In this document: piece after piece, positions 26,761 to 39,720 of the stretch | Layout of the letters: each line of letters starts with the position of its first letter | How positions within the stretch are numbered: position 1 is the stretch's first letter | Program-made: the position numbers and the translations under genes | NCBI RefSeq assembly: GCF_001194135.2 | Contig: NC_068986.1 | Location: 116,458,108 to 116,507,991, forward strand | DNA from: Octopus bimaculoides | Lineage: Eukaryota | Reading direction: 5' to 3' | DNA: 49,884 nt | Notes under the pieces: generated by a model | What the model was told of the DNA's origin: nothing | The model's database searches: none | What the model saw: the letters and a program-made list of their open reading frames with translations, nothing else

Positions 26761-27194
26761 TCAGCCAAATATTTTGAAAGAATACATTCGGTTATAACAC
26801 CTCCGATGCTTTCGTCCAAAGTTCTAATTGTGCTATCACCCATCACTAATAAAACCAACAATAGTTTATAATAGAGAGAGTGCTCGACTTAGTTGTTGAC
26901 ATGGTTCTTATTTAATCGGCCCCAGGAGTATGAAAAGTGAAATTGGTCTTCGGCTGGATATGAAATAAGAACGATATGACTAAATTCCGTTAACGATTTT
27001 GTGCAACTTTGCGAGATCCGTAGTATTAGTGATCATTTCTGCAAAGTGAAGTGGATGAGAGATAAATCTCAGCACCAGGAGAAAACGCTAGTCTACCACA
27101 AGAAATGACCTCACCCGAAATAAATAACCCTAGTTAAAGTGCGGGTTAACGAGACACCGTCTCGAATTGGTGTTGAAAAGAACAATACCACTTG

Positions 27195-27590
27195 GAGGTA
27201 TCTACTAGGAGGTAGACCTTACCTCAACGGGGTACCTACACGGAGCTAGATAATTTGCATCTCAAATATTGGAAGACTGTGCCTCACTATGGTGCCTTCA
27301 AAGAGCAAGACATACTGCATCGCTGTTTACATATAGGAAGACTACTACAATGCAGAACTTATATAGAGCTAGACTGCGTCATATTGTGGTTCGTAGGTAC
27401 ATAGAAGGTTGTACCTCAATATGGTACCTGCAGTGAATAAGACATACTGCATCACAACGTGGTACCTATTTACGGAAAGGAGTATCGCAACGCGGTACCT
27501 GCATAGAGCTAGACTGCGTCATAGTATGGGTCCTTCTTACATATGGGATGGCTGTACTTCGGTGTGATACAACATGGAACTAGATAGATT
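27195..27590 (+). repeat. Degenerate ~33-40-bp tandem repeat with a GGTACC / GAGCTAGAC / CATACTGCATC core
   Basis: Recurrent GGTACCT...GAGCTAGACTGCGTCATA and AAGACATACTGCATC units. Confidence 0.6.
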
Positions 27591-27619
27591 TATTACATAG
27601 TTATATGTAATAATCTCAC

Positions 27620-27810
27620 AAGCGCTGATGGCACAAAAAAGCACCCAGACACGCTGTGAATGAGTTAGAGTTAGGAAGGGCATCCAACCATTGGAAACCA
27701 TGCCAAAGCAAATACTGGGGCCTGAAAATGTCTTTGGAGCCATCAGATCCTGGCCAGCCACCCAACGTATGCCAGTATAGAACATGGACATTTGAATGAT
27801 GATGATGATG
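27620..27810 (+). mobile_element. 3' half of a SINE with an RTE-type tail ending in (GAT)n
   Basis: GGAAGGGCATCCAACC..AAACCATGCCAAA..GGACATTTGAATGATGATGATGAT. Confidence 0.55.
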
Positions 27811-28099
27811 TCTACTTATCGCTAGAGTGAATCGTTGGAAGTTAAATGTTAATTCACGGGCACTTAACTTCCGTAATGTACATACAACAGCTATCTTCAG
27901 AACAATATGCGAGTGCGAGTGTGTTTGTAATGGAGTGTGAGTATGATCTTTGAGTTTACTTTAACTTCTTGAGAAAGATCAAGCTGGTCGCAAACAAGAC
28001 GACAAGGATTTTTCAGTGAAGAGAGTTCTCGGTGTTTGTAAGTAAGTGGTTGAGTTAATGTGTTGATTGTACTGTCGATACATACACCCAAGTGTGTGC

Positions 28100-30290
28100 C
28101 TCTATTCATATAAGAATCTCAGACGGAGAATATCTCACAAATCTTCACTGTGCCATTAATAGATTAGATTTGGAGAATCCGCGCCAATTTCTGTTGCTCT
28201 CTTCCTGTGAAACCAAGCGTTTCTAGGTCTTCGTGCAAATTTGTTGGTGCATAACCTAAGGCACCTATGGCTACAGGTACAAATGAGAATTCATAGTCAG
28301 GGTACAAGAGCTGTAAGTTCCGCATTAATTCGCCATAAATGTTCTCTTTTTCCTGGACTTTTAATGTTACATTCGCATCTACTCGGCAGCTGACCTCTAC
28401 AACAGCGCATGGCTTTTGTTCTTTGTCCCACAAAACAATATCAGGCTTTTACAATTGCACCGAATTGATGTTTTTTTTATTGAGGTGTTCCATCAGTATC
28501 CCTTGTTTTTAAAGGTATGGCTACCTGCTGGTTCTGACATTCCTCTGATGTATATGTCAGGGCAGACCTTCCTATGGATAGCACTGTAAACAGCTTTTGT
28601 AACTACATCTTGACTCAGGAGCAGGTAGTATCTCATAGACATTTTGGGGAAGCTGCTGATGATGCGGATGATATTTTCCACATTGGTATAACAGAGCCGA
28701 CATTTTTAATCACAACGAGGTTTGATGGTTTCTTTGTCCCTCTTAATTATCCAGTATTTAGAAAGATATCTTCTCTTCCTGGATAGCGAAAGTACATCCT
28801 TATAGTTTGGATGTAATGTATCTATCGCAGGTTCAGAAGCCATTCTTCCTGTCAATACTGTTGTTGCCTTCTAGCTTACGGAATATTAACCATGCGTTGC
28901 TTTTTTTGCTAGTTCGATGTCTGCTTTTCCTCCAAGCTGCTGTTCAGGTGGGCGATTCCAGCCTCCTTTGGATCGCATGAGACAGCTGTATTCTGAGAGT
29001 ACCTGGGCAGTAGCTCTTCTCCAACTCTGAAGATATTGCTGCTGTCATTTTTGTAAATGCATGGAATGTACTCATTTCTTTCTTTACTATTCAGCAGGTG
29101 TTGTCTGAGTTATACAGTGCGACATTCAAAAGTTGTTTAGTCTGACTTTAAGCCTCTACCACCATCACTTTATCTCATATAAACCATATCTGTGTCACTG
29201 TTAAATGTGGAGGTCGCCAGTTGTGGTCAGTACCTTTCTGATTTTGATGACCAGGTTGCGTATCTCATCGAATGTCCAGTCCAATATCCCAAATGTTTAT
29301 ACTAGCATTGGTACTACAAAAACATTGAGACATGGCCTTGTTAAATGCAGAGTTCCATATTTTCCAGAGTCTACAGAAGTACTCTTTTGTTATTCTGGCT
29401 TAAGTCACAGCACCAGTATGCAACATTCTCATAGATTTCGAGGTACTTGTAGCTTTCATCATTAGAGATAGGGGAGATAAACAAGCCACTGGTGTACATA
29501 TTCTCTGCCTGGTCAACAATCTTTCCTCCGTTAACCATCTTGTATGAGCATTTATCTTGCCCAAACTCCATTCCTATATCTCGTGAGAATGTTGTGACGA
29601 GTTCTAATTGTCTCTTGATGTTGGTCATATTACCAGAATAAAAATTTGGGTCATCAACAAAAAATATGTGAGTGACATTAATTTTATTCTTTTCTGCATA
29701 TCGTAGCATGTAACGTTGGCATTTTGTTAACAGGGCTGACAAGGAATTCACTGTCAGTACAAACAGCATTACAGATAAACTATCACCCTGGAATATGCCT
29801 GTTGATAGCTTAATTCTGTTTATAGCAATAAGTGTTGTTTCAGTAGTTGTCAGTGATGAGTGACGCACAGAGTCGAACGCCTTCTTGTAGTCGAGCAATA
29901 CCTTTAAGAGATTACGGTGAAGTTACTTGGCTCCCTTAAAGAGAGCTTTGTTGTGGAGGAGCTGTTCTTTCTTTCCTTCTGTGCATCAGTTATCACACCA
30001 TTTGTTTGGAAGTGGTCTTGAAGAAACATATTCAGATTGCCTGTGTACAACTTGTACATAACATTCAAGCGTGCTATGGGCCTGTAGTTTTTGGCAACAT
30101 GGGTCTCTTTGTTCTTGGAAATAAGAGTGGTCCGTGCAACCGTCAGATAATCCGGTATATCTAGCTCAGCGTCCATTGTTGTTATTAAAACAGGTTCGTA
30201 AGAATTTCCCTGTGAAGCGTGAGCTTTTTATATCAGGTCATTTTTAGTCGCTTTTCCATTCGACATTTTCATAATAACCATCAGGAGTGT
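28100..30290 (-). mobile_element. RLE-type LINE (R4-like, third family): RT and nuclease, pseudogenised
   Basis: KNYRPIARLNVMYKLYT, LDYKKAFDSVRH, GIFQGDSLS, THIFFVDD, GMEFGQDKC, YKYLEI, WDKEQKPCAVVEVSC..LQLLYPDYEFSFVPVAIGALG. Confidence 0.88.
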
Positions 30291-31689
30291 TTCATTGGTG
30301 ATGTATGTTTTGGGAAAAGCGTTTACACAGTGTTCACTTCGTAGGTCGTTTAATCATACTGCATCGCGTTGTTTGTTTACATTCCAGATTCCTCGCTAGA
30401 ATGACTCTGGGTCTTCTTGGGGAGGAGCATTTACTGCCTTGCTGGTATCGCCTTTCATACTGCGATTTACAGCTTGTGAGTTTCGGGTAAACTTACGGTT
30501 TATCATTTTCCGTTCATGTAATTTTTACAATAACGAAGTGTATGTATGTATGTATGTATGTATGTATGTGCGTGTGTGTGTTTAAGCGTGCGTGCATATG
30601 GGCAGCTAGTCTGTGCTGCATCCAACTCTCTGTGACAAATAGAAGTATTTGTTGTGGGATTGAAATGGTGCTCAAAGTGACCAAAGTTTTCGTTTCGGGT
30701 CAGGAATCCCCAGACTGGTGGAACGAATGAGAAGTGGATGCGAAACGGTTGAAATATTCGAGTTGTGTATGGTTTGGAGTGAATGATGTCTACCGGGGTG
30801 GGGGGGGACTGTTTTCAGTTTTTATGTTGGCGGTGTATTTTTATATGTTGGGTATGAGTTAGTTTGGTATGGACAGGCATGGCCGAAATTCGCTTTGCAG
30901 TTGCCAGGTCCCTGGTTCGATCCCAATGTTTGACATTTTGATCAAGCGTTATTTACCATAGTCTCCGATCGACCTAAACCATATAAGAGAATTTGGGATG
31001 ACGGAAACTGTTCGGAAGCCTACGGATGAATTGTGCGTGTAATGCGATGCTCTAACCTTTCCATACAGTGTAACGCTGATTCTGCTTGAATTTAACGTTA
31101 AGAGTGCACATGCCTGTGGAATACTCAACCACTTCTACACTGCTGGGAGTTCAATTGATTGAACAACGGAATGTTTATTGTGGGAAACAACGGAAACCCA
31201 TTTTTTGGTTTACTCATTTTAGGGCAACAAAAATTTTCACCAAAAACTATAAAGATATTGATGAAAATATGGTTTATATGAAAGGATGGAAATTTGGTTG
31301 GTGTCCAAGACCAGTAGCTTAAAGATAAGGAAAAAATTTGTTATAAGAGATAGAATTTGAGGTGTGGTCGAAGTTTAACGAATATGCTTTTCATTTGAAT
31401 GTCGTTGCGGTCAGCGAGTGGTGAGTGAAATAATTTTTATTGAGAGTGCGTGTGGGGCGGGGTGGGGGTGATTAGTCGTGTTGGGTTGAAAGATTGATAT
31501 TTATCTGGTAAGTCGTGTGAGTGGAGAAATAGTTGGTGGGGGAGGATTTTATAAAGATGGAATTAGTGAGCGTTAATAATGCACACACGCATGCATATAC
31601 ACAGAAAACGACGAAGTTACAGAGACAAGGCTATACACAAACATACAATGTGTGGATGCATGTATTTGCATTGGTGAAAACACCAACTG

Positions 31690-31865
31690 ATTACCAACAC
31701 AGGAACATGTATCATACATCAAAATGAAGCTGGTCCTCTGTGGATCACATCCCTACTTCTCAACATAGTCACCGTTTCTCTCAATAGCAATGTTCCACCT
31801 TTGAATGAGAGCATGTATCTCTGCCCCGTAAAATTCTGTTGACTGTTCTTTGAGCCACTTCTTCA
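31690..31865 (-). repeat. Inverted duplicate of mariner 3' sequence (left arm of a 176-bp hairpin)
   Basis: Reverse complement of 31978-32153 with one mismatch. Confidence 0.95.
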
Positions 31866-31868
31866 CTA

Positions 31869-32199
31869 CCTCCGCACTTGCCAGGTTTAGCGCCTTCAGA
31901 CTATCATCTCTTCGGCCCCATGAAAGAGAGTTTGAGAGGCAAACATTATTACAGTGAGGAGGAAGTGGAAACTGTAATGAAGAAGTGGCTCAAAGAACAG
32001 TCAACAGAATTTTACGGGGCAGAGATACATGCTCTCATTCGAAGGTGGAACATTGCTATTGAGAGAAACGGTGACTATGTTGAGAAGTAGGGATGTGATC
32101 CACAGAGGACCAGCTTCATTTTGATGTATGATACATGTTCCTGTGTTGGTAATTATACCTGTCCTAAACAAAATGGCATTACATTTTGACTCAACCTCG
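31869..32199 (+). mobile_element. Mariner (DD34D) 3' end with right TIR and TA
   Basis: PPHLPGLAPSDYHLFGPMKESLRGKHY..RRWNIAIERNGDYVEK* (YSPDLAPSDY motif). TIR CATTACATTTTGACTCAACCTCG followed by TA at 32200-32201. Confidence 0.92.
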
Positions 32200-33513
32200 T
32201 ATGTATGTATGTATGTATGTATGTATGTATGTTGGTGCGTTTGTGCAATATAGTTCGCATCCCTTTACTCATGTGTTTATATTCAAGAGATCGTGGACGA
32301 GACTAGTTGACTGATGGGCAGTAGAGAAAGTGAAGGGACTCATGAGTAGATAATATAATATTCATTTATATTTATTTTTTATTCATTTACGTTTTCATAT
32401 TTTTATTGATTTTTGTTTTATATATCCCATGTTCCCCCGTATATAACTCTTTAGACTTTTTGAGTTTGTCTCATCTACCTCTACTTTTTTTACCCCTCCA
32501 ACCGGTTTCCCTCCATCATTTTTTCTCTGTTGGAATCTACCAATCTATACGTGAATCTCTTTACCAAGGAATTGTCCACGCCTCTTCCCCAAATACCAGG
32601 CAACTAACCCTCTCCAGAACCGCCTTCCTACAATCCTATGCAAATGGGTGATTACCACAGCTTTCTCGCTTTCAGACGACATTTCTATCACTGAAGCAGA
32701 ATTCGTTCTCTGAGAGGCATTTCATATTAAATAAATTTTGTATGGNNNNNNNNNNNNNNNNNNNNNNNNNNNNNNNNNNNNNNNNNNNNNNNNNNNNNNN
32801 NNNNNNNNNNNNNNNNNNNNNNNNNNNNNNNNNNNNNNNNNNNNNNNNNNNNNNNNNNNNNNNNNNNNNNNNNNNNNNNNNNNNNNNNNNNNNNNNNNNN
32901 NNNNNNNNNNNNNNNNNNNNNNNNNNNNNNNNNNNNNNNNNNNNNNNNNNNNNNNNNNNNNNNNNNNNNNNNNNNNNNNNNNNNNNNNNNNNNNNNNNNN
33001 NNNNNNNNNNNNNNNNNNNNNNNNNNNNNNNNNNNNNNNNNNNNNNNNNNNNNNNNNNNNNNNNNNNNNNNNNNNNNNNNNNNNNNNNNNNNNNNNNNNN
33101 NNNNNNNNNNNNNNNNNNNNNNNNNNNNNNNNNNNNNNNNNNNNNNNNNNNNNNNNNNNNNNNNNNNNNNNNNNNNNNNNNNNNNNNNNNNNNNNNNNNN
33201 NNNNNNNNNNNNNNNNNNNNNNNNNNNNNNNNNNNNNNNNNNNNNNNNNNNNNNNNNNNNNNNNNNNNNNNNNNNNNNNNNNNNNNNNNNNNNNNNNNNN
33301 NNNNNNNNNNNNNNNNNNNNNNNNNNNNNNNNNNNNNNNNNNNNNNNNNNNNNNNNNNNNNNNNNNNNNNNNNNNNNNNNNNNNNNNNNNNNNNNNNNNN
33401 NNNNNNNNNNNNNNNNNNNNNNNNNNNNNNNNNNNNNNNNNNNNNNNNNNNNNNNNNNNNNNNNNNNNNNNNNNNNNNNNNNNNNNNNNNNNNNNNNNNN
33501 NNNNNNNNNNNNN

Positions 33514-33548
<35 letters not shown>

Positions 33549-34763
33549 AGGACACTTATCAAAGAGTTTAATAACATCTATTTAATTCTGTGTATGAGAG
33601 GGTGTGTGTGTGTACACAGAGTAGCTAGTGTGGGTACGGAAGTAACTATATATGGGTACTAACGCGCAAATAATATTTTACTTTATTTTTATTTTTCGAC
33701 CTATTTTTAATTAATTATTCCCTGTCTTAGTCTATAAAGTTGCAACGGAATCCGTCCCTCACTATTTCTGCCTAACGTCTTAAACATACTGTCACTAACA
33801 TGGTGTATCAAAACCGAGCGAAACAGAGCTCATTTACGGCGATACTCCTTATAACATCATTTAACGAGACACTTCTGCACCGAGTGATGTATCACAACCA
33901 GTTTCACAGTATCCCACCTTCGGGGGATCGATGCAGGATTCGTCGAAACGATCGTTGTGAGCAATTAAGTTTCTCGTATATTTCATTTTCCGTCTCTCAT
34001 TTGTTATATATATATATATATNNNNNNNNNNNNNNNNNNNNNNNNNNNNNNNNNNNNNNNNNNNNNNNNNNNNNNNNNNNNNNNNNNNNNNNNNNNNNNN
34101 NNNNNNNNNNNNNNNNNNNNNNNNNNNNNNNNNNNNNNNNNNNNNNNNNNNNNNNNNNNNNNNNNNNNNNNNNNNNNNNNNNNNNNNNNNNNNNNNNNNN
34201 NNNNNNNNNNNNNNNNNNNNNNNNNNNNNNNNNNNNNNNNNNNNNNNNNNNNNNNNNNNNNNNNNNNNNNNNNNNNNNNNNNNNNNNNNNNNNNNNNNNN
34301 NNNNNNNNNNNNNNNNNNNNNNNNNNNNNNNNNNNNNNNNNNNNNNNNNNNNNNNNNNNNNNNNNNNNNNNNNNNNNNNNNNNNNNNNNNNNNNNNNNNN
34401 NNNNNNNNNNNNNNNNNNNNNNNNNNNNNNNNNNNNNNNNNNNNNNNNNNNNNNNNNNNNNNNNNNNNNNNNNNNNNNNNNNNNNNNNNNNNNNNNNNNN
34501 NNNNNNNNNNNNNNNNNNNNNNNNNNNNNNNNNNNNNNNNNNNNNNNNNNNNNNNNNNNNNNNNNNNNNNNNNNNNNNNNNNNNNNNNNNNNNNNNNNNN
34601 NNNNNNNNNNNNNNNNNNNNNNNNNNNNNNNNNNNNNNNNNNNNNNNNNNNNNNNNNNNNNNNNNNNNNNNNNNNNNNNNNNNNNNNNNNNNNNNNNNNN
34701 NNNNNNNNNNNNNNNNNNNNNNNNNNNNNNNNNNNNNNNNNNNNNNNNNNNNNNNNNNNNNNN

Positions 34764-34798
<35 letters not shown>

Positions 34799-34799
34799 A

Positions 34800-35015
34800 T
34801 GAGTTTCTGTTTCTCACCGCCACCACTTGAACATCGGTGCTGGTTTGTTTACGTACCCATTGTTTTCCGGAAAAACGGACTGATAGAATGAGTACCAGAC
34901 TCAAAACTTTAAACTTAATTACTAGGGTAAGCTAGGGTAAACTTAATTACTAAAGCTTTCAAGGTGGTGCCCCAGCAGGGCCACAGTCGTATGGCTGAAA
35001 CAATTAAAAGAAGCA
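34800..35015 (+). mobile_element. SINE family B, 3' half (5' half in gap)
   Basis: GGTGCTGGTTTGTTTACGTACCC..GATAGAATGAGTACCAG..GGTGCCCCAGCAGGGCCACAGTC. Confidence 0.7.
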
Positions 35016-37194
35016 AAAAAAGGATAATCGATGCAGTAATTGGTTTCGATCTCATCCTGGTTTACGCAGTCAATATTGTAATTAGTACCACGTCATTTTG
35101 AGAAACTAAAGTGAATCTTTACTGCATCGGGTTAAGTACTTGTGTACGCTAAGCCTGCACTGAATAAATAATTCTATTCCAATTAAAGAGTCAAAATAAT
35201 ATTTATTGTCAAAATCGTGATCGTTTACTTGGAAGATTCGTCTATTATGGTTTTTCATAACATTTATATCACACGTGTGTATGTTTATATATGTATGTAT
35301 ACTTATGTGTCAGTGTAGCGTACAAATGTGTGGACGTGCACTTGTTGCGTCTATGCAATTAAAGGCTTGAATATATAAAAGCCATCTAACAGCAGAGAGG
35401 CGTACGTGTATGGTTCGATCTATGCAGAAGTAGACATACAAACACACAAGCACACACAGGTATACACATATACATTCAGACACGCACACATACACACAGG
35501 TATACACACATACATTCGGGGGGGGGCACACATACACACACACAGACACACACACACACACACGCACAATTTCCATTGGTCTTAAGAAACGTTGAAAAGC
35601 ATTCAAAAAGTATTCAAAACAAAGTAGTTTGAAAGAACTGTTTGTATATATATATATATATATNNNNNNNNNNNNNNNNNNNNNNNNNNNNNNNNNNNNN
35701 NNNNNNNNNNNNNNNNNNNNNNNNNNNNNNNNNNNNNNNNNNNNNNNNNNNNNNNNNNNNNNNNNNNNNNNNNNNNNNNNNNNNNNNNNNNNNNNNNNNN
35801 NNNNNNNNNNNNNNNNNNNNNNNNNNNNNNNNNNNNNNNNNNNNNNNNNNNNNNNNNNNNNNNNNNNNNNNNNNNNNNNNNNNNNNNNNNNNNNNNNNNN
35901 NNNNNNNNNNNNNNNNNNNNNNNNNNNNNNNNNNNNNNNNNNNNNNNNNNNNNNNNNNNNNNNNNNNNNNNNNNNNNNNNNNNNNNNNNNNNNNNNNNNN
36001 NNNNNNNNNNNNNNNNNNNNNNNNNNNNNNNNNNNNNNNNNNNNNNNNNNNNNNNNNNNNNNNNNNNNNNNNNNNNNNNNNNNNNNNNNNNNNNNNNNNN
36101 NNNNNNNNNNNNNNNNNNNNNNNNNNNNNNNNNNNNNNNNNNNNNNNNNNNNNNNNNNNNNNNNNNNNNNNNNNNNNNNNNNNNNNNNNNNNNNNNNNNN
36201 NNNNNNNNNNNNNNNNNNNNNNNNNNNNNNNNNNNNNNNNNNNNNNNNNNNNNNNNNNNNNNNNNNNNNNNNNNNNNNNNNNNNNNNNNNNNNNNNNNNN
36301 NNNNNNNNNNNNNNNNNNNNNNNNNNNNNNNNNNNNNNNNNNNNNNNNNNNNNNCTCAATTAAAACATTTCAAAATATGAAGACGTTAATGAATATATTT
36401 CAACATGTATGTGATTAGAACAGCGAGTCAGCTACTAAGGAGGAGAAAGAAGAGGGATAAGAAGAAGTGTGTGAAAGAGAAAAGGGAGGGAAAAAGAGAA
36501 GGATATTGAAAGAAATGGGATTGTTTTTTTTTTTTTTAATACAAGTTCTAAGGAACATGGATAATGAGTAACACATGGAGGTCAAGAATTCGGGAAAGAG
36601 AAGCGGGGTGAAATGAACCAGGTGTCAGGGTGCGGTTTGCAGTTTTAGTAGTGAATGTAATTTATAGTAAATATCCTTGAAGATATGAGTGGTGTCAAGG
36701 TGCTTTGGATTAAATAATAATGACGATAACGCATGCACACCCCACCACCCGTACACCACACATACACAAACACACACACACATATATATATACATAAATG
36801 CATACACACAAATATGTATGTACAAAACTGTATAAACATAAGCACACTCACACACACACACACACACACATACATATATATGTATATGCGTGAATACGTA
36901 TAATTCTACTCACGCACAGACATGTACGCACATACACAGGCAAGCGTAGATATGTACTTACAATCTCTACATGAATGTATTTTTTGAAAATATAAGGGTG
37001 CACTCACGCACGGATACACACTGACAGGTGTGTGTGTGTATGTGTGTGTGTGTATTGGATAATAAAACAAACGGTTTACACCTAATAGCTTACTGGTAAA
37101 GCATGGTCACTTTCACAATGATCGTTATGTATATTCCATCTATATATATTATGTATATTCCATCTATATATATATATGTGTGTGTGTGTATATA

Positions 37195-37360
37195 GGGAGA
37201 ATTCACAAAAAGACAGACGAAGACAGGTGGTGTAGAAAACAAATAGATGTATTAGTATAACGCTCGGGAATTGAAAAAGTCTTTAACGCTTCGAGCCTGC
37301 GCTCTTCCACAGAAAGGATCACAGAAAGAAACAGGGAGAGAAAAAATGTGTAGTGGTCAG
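37195..37360 (-). mobile_element. Penelope-like terminal repeat, copy 1
   Basis: Homologous to 37909-38140; contains a degenerate hammerhead-like motif. Confidence 0.55.
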
Positions 37361-37563
37361 CGATACATACATACATACATACATACATACATACATACAT
37401 ACATACATACATACATACACGTTGACACACGGCAACATACACACATACACATTTATATATGTCATATATATATATACATATATACCTACACATACATGCA
37501 TACATATACATAGATATAAACATACACGCATATATATATAAATATACCCATACATATAAGCAG

Positions 37564-37607
<44 letters not shown>

Positions 37608-37732
37608 NNNNNNNNNNNNNNNNNNNNNNNNNNNNNNNNNNNNNNNNNNNNNNNNNNNNNNNNNNNNNNNNNNNNNNNNNNNNNNNNNNNNNNNNNNNNN
37701 NNNNNNNNNNNNNNNNNNNNNNNNNNATATAT

Positions 37733-37794
<62 letters not shown>

Positions 37795-37861
37795 GTGTGT
37801 ATTTATATATTAATATATGTATGTGTATGTATATGTATGTGTGTGTATGTATATATGTATG

Positions 37862-37908
<47 letters not shown>

Positions 37909-37910
<2 letters not shown>

Positions 37911-38140
37911 GAGAATATACAAATAATAACAACAGACGAGGATAGGTGGTGTAAATAACAAAAGGATATATTAGTATGACGCTCGGGAATACGGAAAGTC
38001 TTTGACGTTTCGAGCTACGCTCTTCAACAGAAAGAATACGGAGACAAGGAGAAAAACACGGAGAAAAAAAATTGAATAGTGTTCAGTCAACGGTCAATCA
38101 TAATAATGGCCGATCATAACAATGGCTGACCGGAAGTTAG
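37909..38140 (-). mobile_element. Penelope-like terminal repeat, copy 2
   Basis: Contains the CGAAACGTC signature typical of Penelope pLTR hammerheads. Confidence 0.6.
37999..38035 (-). ncRNA. Minimal type-I hammerhead-ribozyme-like motif
   Basis: Minus strand TCTTT-CTGTTGAAGA-G-CGTAGCT-C-GAAACGTC-AAAGA: 5-bp stem I, variant core, 1-bp stem II, palindromic ACGT stem III, GUC cleavage triplet. Confidence 0.5.
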
Positions 38141-39036
38141 AAATTGTTTTTTCAGGAGAGCTAATATACATATATATATACATATATATGTATGTATGTA
38201 TGTATTATGTCCTCTTGTTTTATAGTTTAAAGTATTGGGTACTCTAAGCGTACTCTAAATTTTAAAAATCAATATTGAGTATAATGTGAAAATGATATTT
38301 ATGATCAAAGGTGAGTGTTAACTTCAAATTTTCGCCGATAATTTCTCCTCAAAATCTTTCACAAATCTCACTTGTCTGAAAAAATAGTAAAATGTTAACA
38401 GTCGGGACATACTTGATCGTGGGTCTCGATGAAAGTAGGCATGAGACTAAATAGCAACAGCAATGATAACAGATCTGGGTAGCAAAAAAGAAAAAAAATG
38501 ATAAAAATAGAAAATAAAGATTGAATTTACGCCGTAGAGGGAGACGACCCACAATTGGAAGATTTAATTCGGTTCACCACCGGTTTTATCACTTGACTAT
38601 AGTTTGAAAATTTTACATATTGATATTTCATATTGGGATAAGACCAACTATATATAAGGAAAAGATAATGGCTGATTTAGCAGGCACTGTTATATTACTG
38701 GTATTATTTGATCAACGCGCACGGTCATTTTCGAATTGAAAGTGTCCTAACTAAACACTGTACGATATTTAAGCTGGTTTTTATGGCCTCATCTATTTTA
38801 TAGTCTACTGAAAATCTAAACTTTGCAAAAGGCATGAAGACCAAATTTCTTACCCTGCATCCTGCACGAACATATCTATCAATTAACTATAATTTGAAAC
38901 GCTTTAAAGCACCATTTTTTCATTTAAAGAAAAATCTTTTTTTTTTTCCCTTAAGCAAAATCTAACAGCGGAACCGGAAGTAGATATTTAGTGATAACTG
39001 ACTCCATGTTGTTTACTCTCTATGACTTTCTTGCAG

Positions 39037-39267
39037 ACCATCGCAGTTGTTTAGAAGAGAGAGACGCTGCTATTAAAATCAACCGTGAGGAACCGAATGG
39101 TCAGACGTTTGCTCCAGAATGTACCCCAAACGGTAACTACAAAAAGACCCAGTGTTATAATAATCTGTGTTGGTGTGTGGAAGAAAACACGGGGAAATCC
39201 ATATATGCCACAGCATCCTTTAACAAGTCTGTCAACTGTGATATGAAACCAGATCGGGAAATGAAAG
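39037..39267 (+). CDS. SMOC: SMOC-like gene, exon encoding a thyroglobulin type-1 (TY) domain; phase 1-1, 231 nt
   Basis: Acceptor ctttcttgcAG|ACCAT and donor AAAG|GTAAAC. Translation (D)HRSCLEERDAAIKINREEPNGQTFAPECTPNGNYKKTQCYNNLCWCVEENTGKSIYATASFNKSVNCDMKPDREMK(G) has the six-Cys TY pattern with QC and CWCV. The REMKG end resembles the RELPGC/RQLQGC linker of vertebrate SMOC1/2. TY upstream of EC is the SMOC order, not the testican order. Confidence 0.9.
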
Positions 39268-39572
39268 GTAAACCAAGTCAACAACTTCTACCCTCATCTT
39301 TCAACCCCGTCATCATTGTCGGTGTTTTCATTATGTTTTTGCTATTATTTGTTCTTATGGTTTCCGTCATCGTATTTGCTAAATATTGCGATATTTTTGT
39401 TGTTATTATTACTTTTGTTAATCTGAAGATAATGGCGTCGTTGAGGTGGTTGTTGACATTTTTGTTGCTGTTGTTGTTGTCAGACTGGTAGTACTTTTCA
39501 AGTGGTTGTTGCCGTTCCATTTGGTGCACTGAATATGGGGATATGCGCGCGCGTGTATATTATATATATATA

Positions 39573-39616
<44 letters not shown>

Positions 39617-39680
39617 ATACGGGCGTATGCATAAATGTACATAATGATACATATATGTATGTGTGTTTCATACATGCATT

Positions 39681-39720
<40 letters not shown>

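Noticed and set aside
33860-33950. Minus-strand SCIDPPKVGYC, resembling a Kunitz domain start
   Set aside because: The frame stops before the remaining cysteines and I found no supporting splice sites.
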